Assembly (NCBI GenBank): GCA_017398595.1
Contig: JAFQFR010000015.1
Span: forward strand, 32,504-96,503
Reading direction: 5' to 3'
DNA length: 64,000 nt
DNA from: Clostridia bacterium
GTDB taxonomy: Bacteria; Bacillota; Clostridia; Oscillospirales; CAG-272
In this document: positions 19,458 to 28,556 of the stretch, in pieces
Layout: each line of letters begins with the position of its first letter
Numbering within the stretch: the stretch's first letter is position 1
Program-made: the position numbers and the translations under genes
The notes under the pieces: generated by a model
Seen by the model: only the letters and a program-made list of their open reading frames with translations
The model's database searches: none
Told to the model about the DNA's origin: nothing

Positions 19458-19483
19458 CAGTCGAAAGTCAAGACTTTCGACTG
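19458..19483 (+). terminator. Hairpin after the DUF711 gene (terminator or REP-like)
   Basis: cagtcgaaagtc-aa-gactttcgactg; no U tail. Confidence 0.45.
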
Positions 19484-19661
19484 GTGCAGATCGCATGTCT
19501 CGCGACTCGCTCACCGCTCGCGATCTGTAAGGAGTTTTAAAGCCGGCGCATGTCCGTCTTTAAAACAAATCTTTATTTAAAAATTTTAATTTAGAATTCG
19601 CATCCCTCGCGAATTCTCACCTTACCTCTTCACTCTTCCCTTTAACTATGGAGGTGATTCC

Positions 19662-20786
19662 TTGCGTATCAAGATCTACGTGCATCCCGAATCTGCACAG
19701 TCCTTCTGGTCACAGCTCTCTCTCAAGGCAGTCGGTGTGGAAATCACGCGCAAGCGGTACACCGCGGAATATATCAATGCTCCGTCTGTGAAAGACATCG
19801 ACTTTGATGCCGAATTCGAGGGATACGAAAAGCGGGTGCTGCTCTATATCGGCTATTCGCTGACCAGCGCGCCGTACGATCTGAAATACTTGACCGATCT
19901 CGGCATCCACGTCCTGCTGCTCAACTATGAGTCCTCCGTCCTCTCGGGCGGCTGCTCCAAGGTGCTGCTCAACTATCGGGACGGCATGCAAAAAAGCATC
20001 AGTTACCTCGTGGCAAATCGCCATGACCGCATCGCGCTGTTCGGTGTCAATCCGAACTCCCCCACCGATATACTCAAGGATCAGTATTTTGTGGAGTACC
20101 TGCGCGAGCGCGGCGGTAATCCTTCCCGCGACATCTACTACAACTACGGTTCGATCTCGGGTTGCTTTACCCGATTTGCCGAGAACCGCACCGACTATAA
20201 CGCGGTCATCTGCGCAAACGACGTCACCGCCCTCACGCTCCTGCGCCTGCTCAAGGAAAACGGCGTGCGCGTGCCCGAGGATCTCTATATTACCTCCTGC
20301 GGCGGCTCGACCATGCTTGCCGAGCGTTCCAACCCCACGATCACCACGATCGCAGCGGATCAGTATGAGATCGGCAGACAGGCGATCCTCACCTATGCCA
20401 ATCTGATGAAGAACCCCTGCGACATCGCCATGACAGTCAAGGTCGCGGCAAAGCTGACCGTGCGCGGCTCGACGAATTTCGATCCCAACCCCGGCATCGA
20501 CATTTTCTCCCCGCAGCTCACCGCCTACCCGAACGTCGACTTCTTCGCAGATCCCGACGCGCAGACCGCACTGAACGCGGAATCCCTGCTGCTCAGCAGC
20601 GATGAACTGGATCAGGGCATCCTCGACGGGATCCTCGCGGGCGAGACCTATCCGAGCATCGCCGAACGGCTCTATACCTCGGAAAATGTCATTTCCTACC
20701 GTATCAAACGCATGTGCAAGATCACCGGTTGCCAGAAAAAGAGCGAACTGGTGGCACTGCTGTCCCCGTATATGAAGCAGCCCTGA
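19662..20786 (+). CDS. Regulator with a LacI-type ligand-binding domain and a C-terminal LuxR-like HTH (paralog 1)
   Basis: HDRIAL, NAVICAND, RVPEDL, PTITTI, LTVRGST; C-terminal TYPSIAERLYTSENVISYRIKRM; TTG start behind GGAGG. Confidence 0.85.
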   Translation: MRIKIYVHPESAQSFWSQLSLKAVGVEITRKRYTAEYINAPSVKDIDFDAEFEGYEKRVLLYIGYSLTSAPYDLKYLTDLGIHVLLLNYESSVLSGGCSKVLLNYRDGMQKSISYLVANRHDRIALFGVNPNSPTDILKDQYFVEYLRERGGNPSRDIYYNYGSISGCFTRFAENRTDYNAVICANDVTALTLLRLLKENGVRVPEDLYITSCGGSTMLAERSNPTITTIAADQYEIGRQAILTYANLMKNPCDIAMTVKVAAKLTVRGSTNFDPNPGIDIFSPQLTAYPNVDFFADPDAQTALNAESLLLSSDELDQGILDGILAGETYPSIAERLYTSENVISYRIKRMCKITGCQKKSELVALLSPYMKQP

Positions 20787-20817
20787 GTTTGAAAAAACCT
20801 TGAAAGGAGGGGGTCTT

Positions 20818-21942
20818 TTGCATATCAAAATATTTGTACACCCCGAATCCAAGGAGTCCTTTTGGCAAATGCAGTGTCTCAAGGCGATCGCCGCAGAGAT
20901 CCTGCGCAAACGATATATTGCAGACTACCTGGATGCATCCTCGGTGACCGACATTGATTTTGACAAAGTTTTTGCTCCCGATGAAAAAAAGGTACTGCTC
21001 TATATCGGTTATTCCAAGAAAGATTCCCGACGGGATCTGATCTATCTCACAAAGCTCGGCATACACACGCTGCTGATCAACTACGGCAGCCCGAATTTCT
21101 CGGGCAGCTGTTCCAAAATACTGCTCAACTACCGTGATGCCATGGAAAGATGCATCGGTTATCTTGCGGCAAACGGGCATGATCGCATCGCGCTTGTCGG
21201 CGTGAACCCCATTTCTTCCACCGACGTCGTGCAGGAAGAATCCTTTTCGGGATACCTGCGCGATCTCGGACAGGATCCTGCCCGGGACATCTATTACAAC
21301 TACGGCTCGATCAACGATTGCTTTACAAAATTTGCCGCCGAGCGCACGCACTACAACGCGATTATCTGCACGAACAATGTTGTTGCGCTGACGCTGCTCC
21401 ACCGTCTCGGTGCGATCGGCGTGCGTGTCCCCGAGGATATTTACATCATCTCCTGCGGCTGTTCCACCCTTCTTTGCGAGCGTTCCGTGCCCTCCATCAC
21501 CTCCATCGTCGGAGATCAGAATGAGATCGGCAGACAAACCGTTTTGGCATACGCATCCTTGGTAAAGAATCCGGGAAACGTCGCCATGACCGTCCGCGTC
21601 GGCACCAAGATCGCCGTGCGCAGCTCCACAAACTTTGATCCCGATCCCGACACTGCGATTTTCCCGCCCTGCGGTACGTCTGCTTCCAAGGTCGATTTTT
21701 ATGCCGATCCCGAGGTCAAGAGCTTTTTCAGCGCGGAATCTCTGCTGCACAGCAGCGATGAGCTGGATCAGGGGATCCTCGACGGTCTGCTCGCGGGCGA
21801 GACCTATCCGAGCATTGCCGAGCGGCTTTACACCTCCGAGAATGTGATCGCCTACCGCATCAAACGAATGTTCCGCATCACAGGCTGCAAGAAAAAGAGC
21901 GATCTGATCGCCCTGCTGAACCGATATTTGAAACAATCGTAA
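20818..21942 (+). CDS. Regulator, LacI-type sensor plus C-terminal HTH (paralog 2)
   Basis: Colinear with paralog 1; TTG start behind AGGAGG. Confidence 0.85.
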   Translation: MHIKIFVHPESKESFWQMQCLKAIAAEILRKRYIADYLDASSVTDIDFDKVFAPDEKKVLLYIGYSKKDSRRDLIYLTKLGIHTLLINYGSPNFSGSCSKILLNYRDAMERCIGYLAANGHDRIALVGVNPISSTDVVQEESFSGYLRDLGQDPARDIYYNYGSINDCFTKFAAERTHYNAIICTNNVVALTLLHRLGAIGVRVPEDIYIISCGCSTLLCERSVPSITSIVGDQNEIGRQTVLAYASLVKNPGNVAMTVRVGTKIAVRSSTNFDPDPDTAIFPPCGTSASKVDFYADPEVKSFFSAESLLHSSDELDQGILDGLLAGETYPSIAERLYTSENVIAYRIKRMFRITGCKKKSDLIALLNRYLKQS

Positions 21943-21970
21943 CCATACTCTAAGAAAAGGAGGGGCTTCC

Positions 21971-23089
21971 TTGCAAATAAAGATCTATGTATTGCCCGAA
22001 TACAAAAAATCTTTCTGGTCCACGCAGTCGCTCAAGGCGGTTGCCGCCGAGATCTTACGCAAGCGGTATTCCGCGGACTATATTGAGGCATCCTCCGTCA
22101 CAGAGATCGACTTTGACAAGGAATTTGCCGACGGGGAAAAGAGAGTACTCTTATACATCGGCTATTCGCTTTGGCAAACGCCCACAGATCTGAGCTATCT
22201 CGCCGAGCACGGCATACACACGCTGCTGCTCAACTACGAATCCAACAATTTCACGGGCAGCTGCTCGCGCGTGCTGCTCAATTACCGCGACGCCATCGAA
22301 AAATGCGTCGGATACCTCACGGCAAACGGGCATGACCGCATCGCGCTCATCGGCGTCAATCCGCATTCCACCGTCGATATGCTGAAAAAAGACCGCTTCT
22401 CCGAATACCTGCGCATGAAGGGCGAGGATCCCGCGCGCAGCGTGTATTACAACAACGGATCGGTCGAAGGCTGTCTGGAGAGCTTTCTGCACAGCCGCGC
22501 GGACTACAACGCGGTCATCTGCGTAAACGATGTCAGCGCACTGGCGCTGCTCCGCCGTCTCAAAGAAACCGACTTGCGCGTGCCCGAAGATCTCTATGTG
22601 ATCTCCTGCGGCTTCTCGACCATGCTTGCCGAGCATGCCGCCCCCACGCTCACCACGGTCTCCGCCGATCAGAACGAGATCGGTGCGCAGGCGGTGCAGG
22701 CGTACGCATCCCTCATCAAAAACCCCGGCGACATCACGCTGACGGTCCGCGTCGCGCCCAAGCTGGTCGTGCGCGGCTCCACCAATTTCGATCCCGACCC
22801 GGGCACCGTCGTTGCACCGTCGCTGCCCTCTCCCGCCCCCTTGTTTGATTTTTATGCCGACCCGGACGCCAAGAGCTTTTTCAACGCGGAATCGTTGCTG
22901 CTCGGCAGTGACGAGCTGGATCGCGGCATCCTGGCGGGCATTCTCTCCGGCGAGACCTATGCCAGCATCGCCGAGCGGCTCTACACCTCCGAAAACGTGA
23001 TCTCCTACCGCCTCAAGCGCATGTTCAAGATCACAGGCTGCGAGAAAAAAAGCGAGCTGCTCGCTCTGCTTACCCCATATTTTAATTGA
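21971..23089 (+). CDS. Regulator, LacI-type sensor plus C-terminal HTH (paralog 3)
   Basis: Colinear with paralogs 1 and 2; TTG start behind AGGAGG. Confidence 0.85.
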   Translation: MQIKIYVLPEYKKSFWSTQSLKAVAAEILRKRYSADYIEASSVTEIDFDKEFADGEKRVLLYIGYSLWQTPTDLSYLAEHGIHTLLLNYESNNFTGSCSRVLLNYRDAIEKCVGYLTANGHDRIALIGVNPHSTVDMLKKDRFSEYLRMKGEDPARSVYYNNGSVEGCLESFLHSRADYNAVICVNDVSALALLRRLKETDLRVPEDLYVISCGFSTMLAEHAAPTLTTVSADQNEIGAQAVQAYASLIKNPGDITLTVRVAPKLVVRGSTNFDPDPGTVVAPSLPSPAPLFDFYADPDAKSFFNAESLLLGSDELDRGILAGILSGETYASIAERLYTSENVISYRLKRMFKITGCEKKSELLALLTPYFN

Positions 23090-23106
23090 TCCGAAAGGAT
23101 GTTCCC

Positions 23107-24609
23107 ATGTCTGATAAAAAAACAGTTGTGCTGATCGCCTTTTACAACACCAAGGCGCTCGGCGTCCGCTATCTCGAAACCGCTCTGCACAAAGCAGGCT
23201 ACGCGGTCAAAACCATCTTTTTCAAGGGCTTCAACAGCCAGAATCCCAAGGTCGCGACCGAAAAGGAGATCGAGCTGTGCGCCGCAGAGATCCGCCGTGC
23301 CGACCCGCTCTTCGTGGGACTCTCGGTCATGAGCTCGATGTATCTCGAAAGCGTGGAGCTGCTCTGCAAGAAGCTCGGCACGCTCGGCTATCCGCTCGTG
23401 TTCGGCGGCGCATTCGCCTCGATGTTCCCCGAGCGCTTCCTCGACCTCGGCGGCAGTTATGTCATCCGCGCGGACGGCGAGATCCCGATGGTCAAGCTGG
23501 CAAACGCCATGCTCGCGGGCGAGGATCCGACCGGCAATCCCTCTCTTTGCTATAAAAAGGACGGCGAAGTTGTCGTCAACCCCATCGGCGACCTGTACGA
23601 GGACATTGATCAGTACGGTCTGCCCGCCATTGAATGCGAGGACGCATGCTATATCGAGCGCGACACCATCCGCTACGGTGACCCGCAGCTTAGTGCCATG
23701 AGCTATGAAGTCATCGCCTCGCGCGGCTGCCCGTTCACCTGCTCCTACTGCTGCGTTATCAATCTGCACCGCATGTTCCCGAAGGATGTCAAATATGTGC
23801 GCACCCGTTCGGTCGAGAGCGTCATGCAGGAGCTGATCGAAGCGAAAAAGAAGCTCAAAAAATTAGTATTCGTCCACTTCTACGATGAGATCTTCCCCAA
23901 CACCCCCGGTTGGATCGACGAATTCATCGTGCAGTATAAAAAGCACATCCACCTGCCCTTTACCATTTGGTCGCATCCCAAGATGGTCAAGGTAGACGAG
24001 CTGAAAAAGCTGGTCTCGGTGGGACTGACCGAGGTCATCATGGGTATCCAGTCGGGATCGCCCTACATCCGCAAGGAGATCTTCCACCGCTACGAGACGC
24101 AGGAAGACGTCATCGAGGCGACCAGGATCATCCGTCAGAGCGGTGTATTCTGGGCAAGCTACGACTTCATGCTGCAGCATCCGTTTGAGAAGATCGAGCA
24201 TCTGAAAGAGACCTATTCCCTCGTCGAAAAGCTCGCCATGCCGCTCGAACTGCAGCTCCACGGACTCAACTTCCTGCCCGGCACCGACATCGTCGGTATG
24301 GCGATCGAGCAGGGACTGATCACCCAGGAAGAAATGGACGAGATCATGTACGCGCCGATGAAAACGCAGTTCGATGCGTACTGGAAGCGCGAGGATGAGC
24401 GCGAGAGCCGCCTGTGGTACCGCCTCACCTACTGCCTGCAGTTCCAAAACTGCCGCAAGAAGTGCGCCGAGTACTCCACCGACATCGATAAGTACGAGGG
24501 CGCGATCGACGCAATGTATCAAAAATGCCAAAAGCGCGCCAAGCTCCGCTACTATTACAAAAAAGGACGCGTCGTCCTCAAGAGCATGCGCATGCGCGTA
24601 TTCGGATAA
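23107..24609 (+). CDS. Cobalamin-binding radical SAM protein
   Basis: N-terminal B12-binding-like domain (LGVRYL...FGGAFAS), SRGCPFTCSYC, FYDEIF, MGIQSGS. Confidence 0.9.
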   Translation: MSDKKTVVLIAFYNTKALGVRYLETALHKAGYAVKTIFFKGFNSQNPKVATEKEIELCAAEIRRADPLFVGLSVMSSMYLESVELLCKKLGTLGYPLVFGGAFASMFPERFLDLGGSYVIRADGEIPMVKLANAMLAGEDPTGNPSLCYKKDGEVVVNPIGDLYEDIDQYGLPAIECEDACYIERDTIRYGDPQLSAMSYEVIASRGCPFTCSYCCVINLHRMFPKDVKYVRTRSVESVMQELIEAKKKLKKLVFVHFYDEIFPNTPGWIDEFIVQYKKHIHLPFTIWSHPKMVKVDELKKLVSVGLTEVIMGIQSGSPYIRKEIFHRYETQEDVIEATRIIRQSGVFWASYDFMLQHPFEKIEHLKETYSLVEKLAMPLELQLHGLNFLPGTDIVGMAIEQGLITQEEMDEIMYAPMKTQFDAYWKREDERESRLWYRLTYCLQFQNCRKKCAEYSTDIDKYEGAIDAMYQKCQKRAKLRYYYKKGRVVLKSMRMRVFG

Positions 24610-24616
24610 ATGTGTC

Positions 24617-24644
24617 AAAAAAAGCCGCCTTCGGCGGCTTTTTT
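24617..24644 (+). terminator. Intrinsic terminator
   Basis: aaaaaagccgcc-ttc-ggcggctttttt. Confidence 0.85.
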
Positions 24645-24656
24645 GTTTTACAAGAT

Positions 24657-24708
24657 TTGTGGGGACGCTTTTGTAAAAGCGTTCCCACACCCCCGTAAAA
24701 CTTTTTAA
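24657..24708. repeat. Palindromic intergenic element (ggg..ttttNNaaaa..ccc..aaaactttt family)
   Basis: Similar units at ~25859-25890, 42481-42530 and 50326-50382. Confidence 0.6.
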
Positions 24709-24816
24709 AAAATATATGCAGCCGTCCACGATTCAAATTTGAAAAGCAGAATTATCTTTTGCCACCCCCTTTGCATATATTGATAACAAACCGAAATGTA
24801 CAAGGGGGAAATTGCT

Positions 24817-25035
24817 TTGAAAATTGATAAAAACCTACTGGATCAGCTTGCAAATCTCGATGATACTTCGCTCTCCGCCGCCATTCGCATGATCGCCGCT
24901 TCCTCGGGCGTAAGCCTCGGCGACACAAAACTGGATCCTGCAAGCCTGAACGCACTGCGCACCGCGATGCGCGGCGCGACTGACGAGGACATCGCCAACG
25001 CCAAGAGCATTTTTGAGGGTTATTCCAACCAGTAA
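24817..25035 (+). CDS. Small hypothetical protein (putative sporulation operon gene 1)
   Basis: TTG start behind AAGGGGG; CATATATT (sigmaE/K-like -10) at 24774-24781. Confidence 0.6.
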   Translation: MKIDKNLLDQLANLDDTSLSAAIRMIAASSGVSLGDTKLDPASLNALRTAMRGATDEDIANAKSIFEGYSNQ

Positions 25036-25044
25036 GGTGCACAT

Positions 25045-25440
25045 ATGAGTGAACAGAACATAAACGACCTGCTCTCGGGGGGCGGGTTCTCCTCCCTGCT
25101 ACAAAATCCCGATATTGCCGCCAAGCTGCCGCGTATCATGGAAGCGCTCAAACCCGTGATGGAAGAAATGCGTGCCGAGCAGGGCGGCACATCGCCAAGC
25201 GCAGAGACTGCGGCAAACAACAGCGCGGAAAATACCGAAGCCGCGCCTGCATCCGCGATCGCCAATCTTTCAGCGGCTCTGTCCGTAGGCGGGGGCGGCG
25301 GCAAGCAGCGATCGAGCAGTGCGCGACGATGTGCGCTGCTCAAAGCGCTGGAACCCTATCTGTCCGACAATCGCCGTGAAGCGATGGAATATATCATCAA
25401 GGTCTCCTCACTGATCGACATTTTATCGGAGGTGATGTAG
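25045..25440 (+). CDS. Hypothetical protein with a C-terminal ALLKALEPYLS..RR motif
   Basis: Motif typical of small clostridial proteins of unknown function; tightly spaced operon. Confidence 0.7.
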   Translation: MSEQNINDLLSGGGFSSLLQNPDIAAKLPRIMEALKPVMEEMRAEQGGTSPSAETAANNSAENTEAAPASAIANLSAALSVGGGGGKQRSSSARRCALLKALEPYLSDNRREAMEYIIKVSSLIDILSEVM

Positions 25441-25441
25441 C

Positions 25442-25852
25442 TTGTACGTCAGCGTACCGAAAAATTACAGCGGGATCGCCTTTCCGCGCGGCGAGCACGC
25501 ACAGGAGATGCAGCGGCGTGACACGCAGCGGCATGACATGCCCCTGCAGCCCATGACGATGCCGCTGCCCATGCCGCCCGCACAGCCGCAACCCATGCAT
25601 GAACCGCCGAGAGAAGAATGCCGCGAGTGCCGCGAACCGCCCGCACGAGAGGAAAAGAGCCCCTGTGCCTGCGACGGCTGTCAGAAGCAGGACAAAAATC
25701 CGCTGACCTGCCTGCTCACCGCCCTGCGCGACCGCGGAAAAGCGGGCTTTGACACCGAGGATTTTCTCCTCATCGGTCTCATCGTCCTGCTCCTCGGCAA
25801 AGAGGGCAACGAGGACATCGTGCTGATCCTTGCCATGCTGCTGCTGATATAG
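25442..25852 (+). CDS. Pro/Cys-rich hypothetical protein with a hydrophobic C-terminal tail
   Basis: VPKNYSGIAF start and EDFLLIGLIVLLL...LILAMLL end; GGAGG RBS. Confidence 0.7.
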   Translation: MYVSVPKNYSGIAFPRGEHAQEMQRRDTQRHDMPLQPMTMPLPMPPAQPQPMHEPPREECRECREPPAREEKSPCACDGCQKQDKNPLTCLLTALRDRGKAGFDTEDFLLIGLIVLLLGKEGNEDIVLILAMLLLI

Positions 25853-25895
25853 ATAAAAGGGAAAAACTTTTTTCAAAAAAGTTTTTCCCTTTTTG

Positions 25896-27128
25896 TTACA
25901 GCTTTACGGTAAAGCAGATCGCATCTGTGCCGATGTACTCCGCCGTGATCGAACCGCCGCTCTGCTCGACGATCGCCTTCGCCGCCGACAGTCCGATACC
26001 GTAGCCGCCGCTGCTGCCGCCCCGCGCCGCATCGCCGCGGAAGAAGCGGTCAAACAGCTTTTCGGGCGGGCAGTTTGGCAGAGTGCTGCACTTGTTTTGC
26101 ACCTTGAGGAGCACCGCGCGGTCGCTGCTCGTGAGCGTGACCTGCACCTCGGTGTCCGCGTCCGCATACCGCACCGCGTTGTCAAACAAGGTGGAGAGCA
26201 GACGCGTGATCTGCTCGCGGCTTGCGCGGATCGAAACATTTGCACCGACATTCTCGGAAAGGGTCAGTCCCCGCTGCTGCATCGGCTCACGGAACATATC
26301 CAGCGTATCGGCAAGCAGCGCGGAGAGCGAAAACTCGGCAATATCCATCGGCTTTTTCGGTTCTTCCAGCCGCGCCAAGGTGAGCAGATTCTGCATGAGC
26401 CTTGTCAGGCGCGTGGTCTGCTCGCGGATATTGCGGCTCCACTTGCTCTCGCCCGTATGCAGTTCCAGCGCATCGGTGTTGGCAAGAATGATGGCGATCG
26501 GCGTTTTCAGTTCGTGTCCCGCGTCGGTGACGAACTGCTTCTGTCGCTCGATATTTTCGGCGATCGGGCGGATCGCCTTTTTGGAAAGCAGCACGACAAG
26601 CAGCAGCATCGCACCCCAGCAGGCAAGTCCCACGAGCAGTGAGAGCACCGCAATGCGTGCGATCGCGTACCACTCATCGACGTCGTCCAAAAAAATATAT
26701 ACCTTTCCCTCGCCCTCGGCAAGCGGCGTCACCCGATAGCGAAAGCGGTCGATCTTCCCCTTGTCTTTCTCCAGAGCCGAGACGGTAGCAACATAGTTGC
26801 GCGCCTCTTCCTCGGTGACGGTGGCAATACGGCGGGTATCCACGCGGACTACCTCGCCCGTGCCGTCGGTCTGCGCCGTGAAATACACGGCGGACATCTT
26901 GGTATCCTCGTCAAAGGGCGGTGCAAAGAAGCCGCCGCCCCGCTTATCAAAGGGATGCTGCCGCATGGCGGCGGTTTCGGTCTCGATCAGAAAGTGAAAC
27001 AGGCTGTCCGTCTGTTTGACCGACGACCACGCATTGATCCCGTTGATCACGCCGAGCAGCACGAGCAAGAGGATCGTCACGGCGATCATCGCGGTGGTGA
27101 TGAACTTTTTTTGCAACGTTTTGATCAT
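25896..27128 (-). CDS. Sensor histidine kinase
   Basis: Two TM helices; DAGHELKTP H-box, DNAVRY N-box, FDRFFRGD, GYGIGLS. Confidence 0.95.
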   Translation of the reverse strand: MIKTLQKKFITTAMIAVTILLLVLLGVINGINAWSSVKQTDSLFHFLIETETAAMRQHPFDKRGGGFFAPPFDEDTKMSAVYFTAQTDGTGEVVRVDTRRIATVTEEEARNYVATVSALEKDKGKIDRFRYRVTPLAEGEGKVYIFLDDVDEWYAIARIAVLSLLVGLACWGAMLLLVVLLSKKAIRPIAENIERQKQFVTDAGHELKTPIAIILANTDALELHTGESKWSRNIREQTTRLTRLMQNLLTLARLEEPKKPMDIAEFSLSALLADTLDMFREPMQQRGLTLSENVGANVSIRASREQITRLLSTLFDNAVRYADADTEVQVTLTSSDRAVLLKVQNKCSTLPNCPPEKLFDRFFRGDAARGGSSGGYGIGLSAAKAIVEQSGGSITAEYIGTDAICFTVKL

Positions 27129-27800
27129 TTATATCGCCTCCAACACATAGCCGATGCCGCGCTTCACGCGGATCTCGGCGTGCGCATGCAGGGAGACCAG
27201 CTTTTTGCGCAGATTGGAGATGTATACCCACACGATACCAAGCTCGGATTCGGTGTCGTAGCCCCACACCTTGGTGAGCAGATCCTCGGTGGAAAAGTAC
27301 ATCCCGCGGTGCAGCATCAACAGCTCCATGATGCGGTATTCGATCTTGGAGAGCACAAACGAACGGTCACCGCAGGAGAGCTCACTGCTCTGCATATTGA
27401 GCGACAGGTCGCCGCAGGTGATCACCTCGGGCGTGAAATTTTCGCGGCGGCGCAGTACCGCGCGCACGCGGGCAAGCAGCTCGCCCATGTCAAAGGGCTT
27501 TGGCAGGTAATCGTCCGCACCTGCGTCCAGTCCCTCCACGCGATCCTCTACTTCCGCTTTCGCCGTAAGCAGAATGATCGGCGTTTTGCATCCTTCGGCG
27601 CGCAGTGTGCGCAGGACTTCCATGCCGCTTTTCTTCGGCATCATAATATCGAGAATGATCGCGTCGTACGTCTCCGCGCGGGCAAAGGCAAGTGCCTCGT
27701 CCCCGTCGTAGACCGCGTCTACCGTATACTTATGATAGGTCAGGATGTCCGTGACCGCTTCCGACATCGCGACCTCGTCCTCCGCATAGAGAATTTTCAT
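27129..27800 (-). CDS. OmpR-family response regulator
   Basis: KILYAEDE, LDIMMP, LTAK, GADDYLPKPF, VYISNLRKKL, RGIGY. Confidence 0.95.
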   Translation of the reverse strand: MKILYAEDEVAMSEAVTDILTYHKYTVDAVYDGDEALAFARAETYDAIILDIMMPKKSGMEVLRTLRAEGCKTPIILLTAKAEVEDRVEGLDAGADDYLPKPFDMGELLARVRAVLRRRENFTPEVITCGDLSLNMQSSELSCGDRSFVLSKIEYRIMELLMLHRGMYFSTEDLLTKVWGYDTESELGIVWVYISNLRKKLVSLHAHAEIRVKRGIGYVLEAI

Positions 27801-27822
27801 GGTTTCCACCTCGCTTTATATC

Positions 27823-27854
27823 AGTATATATAAGAAACCTTAAAGCAGACTTAA
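27823..27854 (-). promoter_or_regulatory. Promoter with tandem OmpR-type boxes
   Basis: TTAAG-N6-TTAAG (11-bp period) over the -35 region, then a TATACT -10. Confidence 0.55.
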
Positions 27855-27879
27855 TGGGGGAAATGAATCCATGCATAAC

Positions 27880-27907
27880 AACGGGAGGGGAAACCCCTCC
27901 CCTACGG
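27880..27907 (-). repeat. GTAG-type REP element
   Basis: Minus strand GTAG-GGGAGGGG-TTT-CCCCTCCC; resembles 14997-15023. Confidence 0.65.
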
Positions 27908-27956
27908 ATTTTTAATCCCCATACAAAACAAGGGAAAGCGGCGCTTTCCCTTGTTT

Positions 27957-28556
27957 TTATTGCTCATACACGGCAAGCGCGTATTCGCCGTCATTTTCAG
28001 TGTAAAAGGAAAGCGCGGCGGTATCCACCGAAAGCGCCGCCGACATGCCGCTGCCCTGCCACTTTCCATAGGCTTCTTTCTTCGTCCAGACTTCGTAAAA
28101 GCGGCGCAGCAGCGCCCCGTCCTGCGCTTCTTTCGGCAGAGAAAGATCCTGCTCGGTCGGCACTTTGCCAAACACATACGCCTGTTCGGCAGGCGTAAAG
28201 AACCGCTTTGCCACGCCGAGCGAAAGCGGACGGATCCGCTCAATATCCGCGCCGATCTCGCGGTCGGACACGGCGAGGATCACCTTATCTTCGCTGTGGC
28301 TGAGGCTGAATCGAATCGGCAGAGCGGCAAAATACGGCTTGCCCGCCGCCGTGCGCAAAATCACGGGATCACTCGCACCGCAAAGCTCCTTTGCCGCGCC
28401 GAGGATCAAGAGATGACCAGCCAGCGTGCGCTTGCGGTCATCCGTGTGCGCCATGCGATCCAGCCGCGCACGAAGCTCGTCCGAGCCTGCGGCAGCAAGG
28501 CGTTCATATTCGGCATCCGACATCTGCGCCGTGTCATAGCGATAGAGCTTAATCAC
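27957..28556 (-). CDS. 4'-phosphopantetheinyl transferase (Sfp-type)
   Basis: GKP, FSLSHS, IGADIE, WTKKEAYGK. Confidence 0.92.
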   Translation of the reverse strand: MIKLYRYDTAQMSDAEYERLAAAGSDELRARLDRMAHTDDRKRTLAGHLLILGAAKELCGASDPVILRTAAGKPYFAALPIRFSLSHSEDKVILAVSDREIGADIERIRPLSLGVAKRFFTPAEQAYVFGKVPTEQDLSLPKEAQDGALLRRFYEVWTKKEAYGKWQGSGMSAALSVDTAALSFYTENDGEYALAVYEQ

